Source: Candidatus Peribacteria bacterium (GTDB lineage Bacteria; Patescibacteriota; Gracilibacteria; Peribacterales; Peribacteraceae). Taken from it: a DNA stretch of 64,000 bases. Numbering within the stretch: position 1 is the first letter of the stretch; every line of letters starts with the position of its first letter. A program made the position numbers and the translations under genes. Below are positions 56,760 through 64,000 of this stretch, piece by piece. The notes below the pieces were generated by a model, which did no database searches, was not told the origin of the DNA, and worked only from the letters and a program-made list of their open reading frames with translations. The stretch lies in assembly GCA_023245765.1 (NCBI GenBank), contig JAHFJP010000001.1, positions 8,190 to 72,189 of the forward strand, given 5' to 3'.

Positions 56760-56811
56760 TGATAATTTGGTCAAATAATTGTATAATAGACATGTACATC
56801 AATATCAGTCT

Positions 56812-58218
56812 ATGACAATTGTATCGAAGCGGAAGTTCGGCTTCACATCGAGTTCCGTGTATCGCCGGAAAGAGCCTCATGCGTTCGCGTACCTCTCCGA
56901 GCGCGCGACGTTCTGGATCGCCGTGCTCTCCATTTTCGCGTTCGTCACCGGCAACATGGTCGGGCAGAACGGGTGGCACGTCTTCTGGAAATCCGTGCTG
57001 GGGGAGGGGGGCGACTCGATGATCGTCTTCACGGGGATGGTGCCGCCGGTCCCCAAAATTCCCGATTATGACAAATGGGCGAAACTCGGCGGGTCGCCGC
57101 GCACCAATACTTTCCGCCAGGTTCCGGTCGATCTTCTGGTGGCGATGCCTACCTACATCCGGTACGGAGACGACACCAAATCCAACCCCGGCCTGCGCCG
57201 GACGTACTTCGTCGAACACCTCGGAACGTACGAGACGGGCCGTGGGAAGGGGAGCCACGTGGGCGAAGATATCTCGCTCCCCGAGGGGACGCCGATCCAG
57301 TCGGTGGCAAACGGTATCGTCGATAAGGTCGGAAATGATCCGGGAGGCTACGGCAATTACGTGCTCATCCGGCATCCGAACGTCCCGGACGTGGAGGAAA
57401 AGGGGAAGAAATCGACGATTTACTCGGTCTACGCGCACCTTAGTACCGTGCTCGTGCAGGAGAACATGGTTGTTCTAAAAGGCGATCAGATCGCCCTGAG
57501 CGGCATGACGGGCAACGCCTCTGCTCCGCACCTGCACTTCCAGATGGACCGGTCGGACGCGCCATTTCATCCATACTGGCCGTTCAGTTCCGCCGACCAG
57601 CGCAGTGCGCACATGAACTTTGTCCAGGCGATCGATGCCGGTCTCAAGCGCGAGAACGGCGTGCAGTACACGCTCGATCCGATGCTCACGGTGCAGGCCT
57701 ATGAGACCTACGCAGGGCCGGTGGTTGCCGATGCCTCGGCCGCGTCGTCCGCGCAGGCCAGTTCTTCCAGTCGCGCGCGATTGACGATGGAAGAGCGCAG
57801 GCAGCAACGGGTGATCAAGCTCGCCGCGCAGAAGACGACGCTCGTTGCGTATAACGACAACACGCCGATCGTGGCGATCCCCGCAGCCGCATCGTCTTCG
57901 GCGAAACCCGGTGAGGGAACCGTTGCCAGTGTTCGGTTCCTCCATAGCGGTTCGTTCCAGGATCGCGGCTGGCAGACGCTCACCATCACACTGCTCGATG
58001 CGGCCGGTGACACGATTCAAACGCCGGTGACGGGTGACGGGAAGATCCATCTCTCCACAGCCTTCGGACGCGCGGATTTCGACCCGCAGGACGTTCCATT
58101 CTCCTCGTTCAAGAACGGCGTCTACCGTGCGAAGATTCTTCCGCACGAAGGGCAGACGGTGGTGGTCCGCGAAGAACTGACCGGTTCGATGAGCCAGCCG
58201 ATGAAGTACGTGCGATAA
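56812..58218 (+). CDS. M23 family peptidase, membrane anchored
   Basis: HVGEDI, YAHL and PHLHF, with an N-terminal TM helix. Start moved to ATG 56812. Confidence 0.88.
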   Translation: MTIVSKRKFGFTSSSVYRRKEPHAFAYLSERATFWIAVLSIFAFVTGNMVGQNGWHVFWKSVLGEGGDSMIVFTGMVPPVPKIPDYDKWAKLGGSPRTNTFRQVPVDLLVAMPTYIRYGDDTKSNPGLRRTYFVEHLGTYETGRGKGSHVGEDISLPEGTPIQSVANGIVDKVGNDPGGYGNYVLIRHPNVPDVEEKGKKSTIYSVYAHLSTVLVQENMVVLKGDQIALSGMTGNASAPHLHFQMDRSDAPFHPYWPFSSADQRSAHMNFVQAIDAGLKRENGVQYTLDPMLTVQAYETYAGPVVADASAASSAQASSSSRARLTMEERRQQRVIKLAAQKTTLVAYNDNTPIVAIPAAASSSAKPGEGTVASVRFLHSGSFQDRGWQTLTITLLDAAGDTIQTPVTGDGKIHLSTAFGRADFDPQDVPFSSFKNGVYRAKILPHEGQTVVVREELTGSMSQPMKYVR

Positions 58219-58238
58219 AGGATGTCTTCAAGTAATCA

Positions 58239-58565
58239 TCATGGTTCCTCGACCATCGGCAGAATGTGAATCGCCGGCTCCTCATACGGATGAGCTTTTC
58301 TGACGGCTTTCAGAAGAGCAATCAGGTCCACGCCGTCGGGAATGACGACTTCGATCCGTTCTTCCTCCACTTCTTCAATCTTCCCCACGGAGCCGATATG
58401 CGGCTCCGCTCCCTTCAAGGGCCGGAAGCGGCCGATGCCCCGGCAGCTAAAGGAGCAGCTGTCGTAGTTGCCGATGCGGCCTGTTCCGCTGGAAGCGAGA
58501 GCGACGCGGACTGCCTGTGCATGTGTCAGAGGAACGTAGATGATGAGGTGGTGGCGCATAGTCAT
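58239..58565 (-). CDS. YqfO/Nif3-insert (PII-like) small protein
   Basis: GRIGNYDSCSF...G.GRFRP..GA.P.IG...HPYEEPA. Confidence 0.8.
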   Translation of the reverse strand: MTMRHHLIIYVPLTHAQAVRVALASSGTGRIGNYDSCSFSCRGIGRFRPLKGAEPHIGSVGKIEEVEEERIEVVIPDGVDLIALLKAVRKAHPYEEPAIHILPMVEEP

Positions 58566-59596
58566 TTTTTTTCCGAATACCAAGATAGTCCCACCATCAC
58601 GAGGAACAAGAGAACCCCCGCGATCACCTTCCCTCCCGTACTGAGGAACAGCGCGGTGATGCCGAAGGCAGCGCCGATAGCCGCGGTGAGGAGGATCACC
58701 TGGCGGGGCGAGAAGCCTTTGTTGAGGAGCCGGTGATGCAGATGCTGGTCGGTCGCGTTGCCCTTCCACGGTGCCTGGCCGCTACGCAGCCGCCGGACGA
58801 TCACAAAGAGCACGTCGATCAGCGGCACGCCAAGGACGAGGAACGCCGTCGCCACTTTGCCTCCGGACGAGATGGTGAGCACGCCGATCATGAGCCCAAA
58901 GAACATCGCGCCCGTGTCGCCCATCAGGAGTTTGGGCGGGGGAAAATCAAACAGCAGGGCACCGAGAGCGATTCCCGCAAGGATGAATGCGAGTAGCGCG
59001 AGTGACGGCTGATTTACACGATCACTCACGGCCAGGAAGCCGATCGTCAGAAACGCGATGACGCTGAGCATGCTCACCTGTCCGGGAATGCCGTCGAACC
59101 AGTTGAGTGCGTTGATTGTGAAGAGCAGCCACACGACGGTGAAGACTGCGCTCAACGCGAGCGCCCAACCGCTACTCAGAACGAGGCTGGAGGCGTCACT
59201 GAGGACGCCCGGCAGGGGATTGGTCACGGCATCAATGCGAATGCCGCCCGAGACCAGGAGAATCGCCACGAAAGCCTGAACAGAGAAGCGCAGAATCGGA
59301 GAGAGAGGAGCGCGGTCGTCGATGAAACTTGTCGTTGCGAGGATCAGAATTCCTGCCATCAGCGACGTGTTTTCGGTCGAAAATTCTGAGCGAATGCTGA
59401 GGAGCAACAGAAAGGCTGCAACGGCGAGAATGCCTGTGGGGTAGGGGATTGGGGTTCGGGAGAGTCCGTAGCGCTCGGGAAAATCGAGCAGACCCACGCG
59501 TGGAAAAACCTGCAACGCGACGGCATGCACTATCACCGAGATCCCGAATGCCAATAGGGGAGTGATCAGCAGGGGAGTTGACACGGGATCAATCAT
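58562..59596 (-). CDS. Polyprenyl-phosphate GlcNAc-1-phosphate transferase (WecA/TagO, MraY family)
   Basis: FIDD, NALNWFDGIPG, MGDTGA and HLHHRLL. Confidence 0.9.
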   Translation of the reverse strand: MIDPVSTPLLITPLLAFGISVIVHAVALQVFPRVGLLDFPERYGLSRTPIPYPTGILAVAAFLLLLSIRSEFSTENTSLMAGILILATTSFIDDRAPLSPILRFSVQAFVAILLVSGGIRIDAVTNPLPGVLSDASSLVLSSGWALALSAVFTVVWLLFTINALNWFDGIPGQVSMLSVIAFLTIGFLAVSDRVNQPSLALLAFILAGIALGALLFDFPPPKLLMGDTGAMFFGLMIGVLTISSGGKVATAFLVLGVPLIDVLFVIVRRLRSGQAPWKGNATDQHLHHRLLNKGFSPRQVILLTAAIGAAFGITALFLSTGGKVIAGVLLFLVMVGLSWYSEKK

Positions 59597-59639
59597 ACAA
59601 GTTTTGTGTCGACCATGCTTCATGCTTTATAGTCGGGTC

Positions 59640-60842
59640 ATGACTGCAGGGAAGATTCATTCACTCACCGAAGCGTCACTCAAGGGAAAACGCGTGCTGC
59701 TGCGCGCCGGATTTGACGTGAGCATTGAAAATGGGAAAGTGATGGATACGGAACGCATCGAAGCATTGCTCCCGACAATGCGCCATATCCTTACGGGCGG
59801 AGCGTCGCTCATCATCCTCAGCCACCAGGGACGTCCCAAGGGCAAGCCGCTCCCTGAATTCAGTCAGAAGCCGATTGTGCCTGTTCTCGAAAAACTGCTC
59901 GGTACGACAGTCGCATTTGCAGCGTCCTGCCGAGGGCCGGTTGCGGAGGCTGCGGCGAAAGCAGTGAAGCCCGGCGAGGTGCTCTTCCTCGAAAATCTGC
60001 GGTATGAACCTGGTGAAGAGAAAAATGATCCGGAGCTCGCAAAAGATCTCGCAAAACTCGGCGACGTGTATGTCAACGATGCGTTCACGAACTGTCATCG
60101 CAATCACGCGAGCATGGTGGCACTCGCGAGACTTCTTCCCTCCTTTGCCGGACTCCAGCTTCAGAAGGAGATCGATTCGCTGTCGCATGTCGTCGAAGAT
60201 CCAAAGAAGCCGCTCGTACTGATCGTCAGTGGCGCAAAAATGGAAACGAAAGTGCCGATCATCCAGCACTTCCTCACCAAGGGTGATGAGATTCTCCTGG
60301 GGGGCTGTATCGCCAATACCTTCATCGCGGCGCGGGGGTTTGACGTCGGCGGATCAAAGTATGAACAGGAACATGTGGAGAAAGCGCAGGAGATCATGCT
60401 GGAATCGGAGAAGAAGGGCCGTGCGGTGATTCATGTGCCGCGGGATGTGATCGTCGCCACAGAGCCCAAGGACGGCGCCGAGAAGCTGTGCCTGCCCGTC
60501 GAAGACATCGAGGGCGATATGAGTATCTTCGATATCGGAAAACTCACCATCGAGCGGTATAAAGAAGCAATCGCGAAGGCCAAAACGATCGTCTGGAACG
60601 GACCGCTGGGACTCTACGAGATCAACCGCTTCTCGCACGCGAGCAAGCGCATTGCTGAGGCTGTCGCGGAAGCGACCAAGAAGGGCGCATACTCGGTGAT
60701 CGGCGGCGGCGACACGATTGATTTCCACATCCGCTACAACCATCCGCTCGACGCGTACAGTTTTGTCAGTACAGGCGGGGGCGCGATGCTCGAGTTCATC
60801 GGTGGGAAGAAGTTGCCGGCGATAGAAGCGTTAAAGAGGTGA
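59640..60842 (+). CDS. pgk: Phosphoglycerate kinase
   Basis: SHQGRP, LENLRY, YVNDAF, WNGPLG, GGGDT and VSTGGGA. Start moved to ATG 59640. Confidence 0.96.
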   Translation: MTAGKIHSLTEASLKGKRVLLRAGFDVSIENGKVMDTERIEALLPTMRHILTGGASLIILSHQGRPKGKPLPEFSQKPIVPVLEKLLGTTVAFAASCRGPVAEAAAKAVKPGEVLFLENLRYEPGEEKNDPELAKDLAKLGDVYVNDAFTNCHRNHASMVALARLLPSFAGLQLQKEIDSLSHVVEDPKKPLVLIVSGAKMETKVPIIQHFLTKGDEILLGGCIANTFIAARGFDVGGSKYEQEHVEKAQEIMLESEKKGRAVIHVPRDVIVATEPKDGAEKLCLPVEDIEGDMSIFDIGKLTIERYKEAIAKAKTIVWNGPLGLYEINRFSHASKRIAEAVAEATKKGAYSVIGGGDTIDFHIRYNHPLDAYSFVSTGGGAMLEFIGGKKLPAIEALKR

Positions 60843-60937
60843 CCGAAGGGACCGAAGGCACCGAAGTTACCGAGGTGGTCTCACGTTTTTTATTGCGCTA
60901 CGTCGGTCCCCTCGGTCCCGTCGGTACCGTCGGTGCC
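60839..60937. repeat. 9-bp period inverted array (4+4 units, ACCGA core)
   Basis: gtgaccgaa gggaccgaa ggcaccgaa gttaccgag, 27-nt spacer, gtcggtccc ctcggtccc gtcggtacc gtcggtgcc. Confidence 0.88.
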
Positions 60938-60981
60938 CTTCTTCCGCTACTCTCTTTTCCGACGCGGCTTCCGTGTTTCCT

Positions 60982-62586
60982 ATGCAACAGAAATTGACTG
61001 TCCTTTGGCGTTCCGATGAAGAATCGTGGAATGCCTTTGCCAGACGCATCCGCGAAACGGATGGCGACATGATCGTCGTGCTCTCGAGCGCGGATAACAC
61101 GTATCTTCTGCAGGAAGAAGCGCGTGGGCCGTTCCTCGAGGAACTGGCCAAAATCCGCTACAGACTGCGACTGGCCAGCAAAGAGCCGATTGTCGTCGCA
61201 CGGGCGCGCAAGCACGGCATCCGCGTGATCGACCGCACGCGTAAATTGCGCTCGCTGCTCGCGGGCCATCCGCAGGTAGGCGAAGCACTGCGGTTCTTTT
61301 CGCCGAGCCTCTGGCGCCAGCAGTGGCGGTCGCGTCTGCAGACCGTCGGACTGCTCTCGGTCCCGAAGGTCCGCATCTGGGTACTGGTCCTGCTCAGTGT
61401 CGGCCTGTTCGCGTTCGTCATCTTCCGTCTGCTGCCGTCCGCCGAGGTCCGGATCTGGCCGCGGTCGGATCTTGTGACACAGACGATGAATGTCACGCTC
61501 GTCGCGACGGGTGCGAAATTGCAGCTTTCTGAAAAAGTGCGCGTGCAGCCGCTGGAGAAGCTCACCGTCCGTGTCCGCAAATCCATCACGTTCGACGACA
61601 TCAGTCCCGAATTCACGGGGACCGACGCGAAGGTCGAGATGACCGTGATCAACAAGTCGACTGAGACGTATTCGCTCAGGGCGGGGACGCGGCTCCTCAA
61701 CCAGGCGGGCATGGTCTTCAAGCTCGGCGCGCCGGTGATCGTTGCCCCCGGAGGCAGGGTGACCGTGCCCTCCGTCGCCGATCATGTGGATCTCTACGGG
61801 AAGATCATCGGCAAGCGGGGAAACGTTCCCGCGGGCCTGCAGTGGGAGATTCCGGGCCTCCCGGTAGACGAGCGCAAGCTGGTCTATACGCAGAACGAGA
61901 AGGCCGCGACGGGAGGGGATACCTCGCAGCGCACGGTGCTCCAGCAGAGGGATATCGATGCTGGTCGCAAGCGCCTGCAGCAGGAACTTCTCGTCACGGC
62001 AAAACAGCTGATCGAGGAGGAGCGGCAGCTCCGCAGCGCGGATCCAAAAACGAGGCTGGAGCTGCTCGCCAAAGATGACGTGATTTCAACGACCTACAGC
62101 GGCTTCATTCTGCCGACGGAGTTTCTCGGTCAGCCCGTGATCTCGGTGCCGATTGAAGGAGAGCTTGTCTACACCGTTCCCGCGTACAATTTGCAGGGTC
62201 TCCAGGAGACGTACAGCAGCGAGCTCCAGGCACATACCAGCGAAGGCAGGCGCCTGGTCCCCGAATCCGTCCACATCGATCCCGATAAGGTGATCATCAT
62301 CGAATACGGAGATGACGAGACCGAGAAGCACCTGTTCACGGGCGACTGGCTCAAGATCACGGCCGATGTCGCGGGGACCGAGCAGTTCGTCATCGATCCG
62401 CTCACGCCGACAGGCGCGAAGTTCGGGCGCAAGGTGCGCGATGCGATTGCGGGGCTGCCGGTCCATGATGCGCAACGCATCCTGCGCAATTTCCCCGAAG
62501 TCGAACGCGTCGATATCCGTCTGTGGCCGCCGTGGAGCTCGGCGCTGCCGGAGATTCCAAGTAACATCACTATTTCCCCGCAGTAG
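60982..62586 (+). CDS. CPR membrane-anchored baseplate-J-like protein
   Basis: Single TM helix, then LPSA.V.I.P, L.AGTRL....G..F, N..A.TGG and a C-terminal WP.W...LP....I. Confidence 0.65.
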   Translation: MQQKLTVLWRSDEESWNAFARRIRETDGDMIVVLSSADNTYLLQEEARGPFLEELAKIRYRLRLASKEPIVVARARKHGIRVIDRTRKLRSLLAGHPQVGEALRFFSPSLWRQQWRSRLQTVGLLSVPKVRIWVLVLLSVGLFAFVIFRLLPSAEVRIWPRSDLVTQTMNVTLVATGAKLQLSEKVRVQPLEKLTVRVRKSITFDDISPEFTGTDAKVEMTVINKSTETYSLRAGTRLLNQAGMVFKLGAPVIVAPGGRVTVPSVADHVDLYGKIIGKRGNVPAGLQWEIPGLPVDERKLVYTQNEKAATGGDTSQRTVLQQRDIDAGRKRLQQELLVTAKQLIEEERQLRSADPKTRLELLAKDDVISTTYSGFILPTEFLGQPVISVPIEGELVYTVPAYNLQGLQETYSSELQAHTSEGRRLVPESVHIDPDKVIIIEYGDDETEKHLFTGDWLKITADVAGTEQFVIDPLTPTGAKFGRKVRDAIAGLPVHDAQRILRNFPEVERVDIRLWPPWSSALPEIPSNITISPQ

Positions 62587-62623
62587 GCAGAAGGAATACA
62601 ATTCACACCTTTAATCCACATGT

Positions 62624-63034
62624 ATGGATTTACTGCAAAAAACAGTTCTCGTTGCAGAAGACAGCAAACGGCAGCGTATGGCACGCGTCCAATTATTGGA
62701 AACCAATGGTTACGGTGTTCACCAGGCCAGTGATGGGGCAGAGGCACTGCGTATTTTTATTTCAACCAATATTCACAGAGCAGTGGATGAAATAAAAGCG
62801 AGAGTGGATGTCGTCGTCACTGATTTTAAAATGCCCAATATGAACGGCCTCACTCTTGCGAAGGAAATTCAGAAATTGGATCAAACAATCCCTGTCATTG
62901 TTCTGTCACACGAAGAACTGGAGAAACTGCAGAGGATGGCGGAAAATATGAAGTTTGATCCGCTGCCGCAGATACTTTCGAAAGGAGAAGACAAGGAAGC
63001 ACTGCTCGCTATGGTTCGGAAGTCTTTGGTATAA
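62624..63034 (+). CDS. Single-domain response regulator (receiver)
   Basis: VLVAED, A.DG.EAL, VVTDFKMPNMNG, PVIVLS and K. Confidence 0.88.
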   Translation: MDLLQKTVLVAEDSKRQRMARVQLLETNGYGVHQASDGAEALRIFISTNIHRAVDEIKARVDVVVTDFKMPNMNGLTLAKEIQKLDQTIPVIVLSHEELEKLQRMAENMKFDPLPQILSKGEDKEALLAMVRKSLV

Positions 63035-63076
63035 GGGAAGATGCGCTGAGAGCGATCTTCACTGTATACTTCTCTC

Positions 63077-63697
63077 ATGAAGCGTTTCGTCTTCCGCTGG
63101 TTTCGTCGTGGCATTCTGATCGCTTTGCCCATTGTCATTTTCTACGCATGCACCGTCTACTACGTCTATGACCGGATGGATGGTAACGCCAAGCTCCCTG
63201 CCGAGTGTGGCATCGTTTTCGGCACGGCTGTTTGGCCCGTGTACAACGCGGACGGAAAGGTTATCAATGCGGTTGCAGGGCCGGGAATTCGTCGGCGGGT
63301 CTCGGCGGCTGCAGAGCTCTACCGGGAGGGGAATCTCAAAAAACTCTTCCTCACCGGGGGCAAAGGGGAGGGGAACCGGACAAGTGAAGGACAGGTGATG
63401 GGGGAATATGCGCAGTCACTGGGAATTCCCCGTGGGGACATGACGGTTGAAGATCGTTCACGGAGCACCTGGGAGAATCTGCTGTACACCCGCCCCTTGA
63501 CATCCGGCTGTAAGTCGATTGTCGCGATCAGTGACGGATACCATCTGGCGCGGATCGAATTGCAGGCGCATCTGCAGGGAATATCGCTCTCCACATACTC
63601 TGCTATCGAGATTGATTCGAAGTTGTTCACCTTCAGAAATCTGCTACGGGAAGCCATAGGCATCGATTTGCTTGTGCTCTCTTCATTATCAAGATAA
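63077..63697 (+). CDS. YdcF/ElyC (DUF218) family protein
   Basis: IVFG, LTGG, SEG..M, E..S.STWEN and SD.YHL.R. Confidence 0.88.
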   Translation: MKRFVFRWFRRGILIALPIVIFYACTVYYVYDRMDGNAKLPAECGIVFGTAVWPVYNADGKVINAVAGPGIRRRVSAAAELYREGNLKKLFLTGGKGEGNRTSEGQVMGEYAQSLGIPRGDMTVEDRSRSTWENLLYTRPLTSGCKSIVAISDGYHLARIELQAHLQGISLSTYSAIEIDSKLFTFRNLLREAIGIDLLVLSSLSR

Positions 63698-63736
63698 AAT
63701 GCATTATCTTGACTAGTAACAACTGTGGAAAACTTG

Positions 63737-63755
63737 CCCTGAGCTTGCCGAAGGG
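63737..63755. repeat. Short REP-like element
   Basis: CCCTGAGCTTGCCGAAGGG. Confidence 0.45.
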
Positions 63756-63785
63756 CCCCTCCCCTCACCCAGGATTATCCTGATC

Positions 63786-64000
63786 ATGCACATGGCGACG
63801 ACATCAGTGGATACACCGCTGGCCAAGGCAATCGAGCGTTATCTTACCTTCCTCAAAGCGGAGGAAAACAAATCCGCGCTTACGATCAAAGCGTATCGCG
63901 AGAGTTTAAAACTCCTTTCAACACTCTCCGACATCGATGACCCGCGCAGGTTCGATAAGAGCTCCATCCGGGTCTACAAGTCCGCCTTGCACTCGTTTCG
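63786..64000 (+). CDS. Tyrosine recombinase (XerC/D-like), N-terminal part, runs off the window
   Basis: AIERYLTFLKAEENKSALTIKAYRESL matches the integrase SAM-like N-terminus. Absent from the ORF track. Confidence 0.75.
   Translation, partial: MHMATTSVDTPLAKAIERYLTFLKAEENKSALTIKAYRESLKLLSTLSDIDDPRRFDKSSIRVYKSALHSF

Noticed and set aside
11276-60937. Periodic repeats as CRISPR arrays
   Set aside because: Units are 7-9 bp, contiguous and inverted, with no unique spacers between repeats and no cas genes in the window.
60982-64000. Prophage suggested by baseplate-like and tyrosine recombinase genes
   Set aside because: No other phage genes; the neighbours are housekeeping genes and the recombinase looks like a chromosomal Xer.

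Overview
Mostly core chromosome of a GC-rich Patescibacteria (CPR) bacterium, most likely Peribacteria/Peregrinibacteria. The taxon is inferred from gene content, a CPR-type pilin, VirB6-like and baseplate-J-like genes, and Ser-rich linkers. TGA is used as a stop, so the code is 11. Housekeeping genes: recF, ruvC, prs, truB, ftsA-ftsZ, dut, comF, rseP-dnaA, thrS, lgt, eno, nrnA, infB, rplS, tsaE, pgk and a partial xer-type recombinase. There are also four tRNAs (Ile-GAT, Lys-CTT, Val-GAC, Pro-GGG), three type II TA pairs and many orphan membrane or secreted proteins. Highlights not in the ORF track: (1) a leaderless Thr-rich leader peptide with terminator/antiterminator upstream of a thrS that carries an N-terminal YbaK/ProXp-type domain; (2) several families of periodic inverted-repeat cassettes (7-, 8- and 9-bp units, often 4+4) and REP-like hairpins, some inserted in frame into proteins (CsaB-like, TsaE, NrnA); (3) pervasive leaderless gene starts. 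The supplied ORF track gives the wrong strand for the collagen-like gene at 15120..15842, which is on the minus strand. All calls are by eye; no searches were run.
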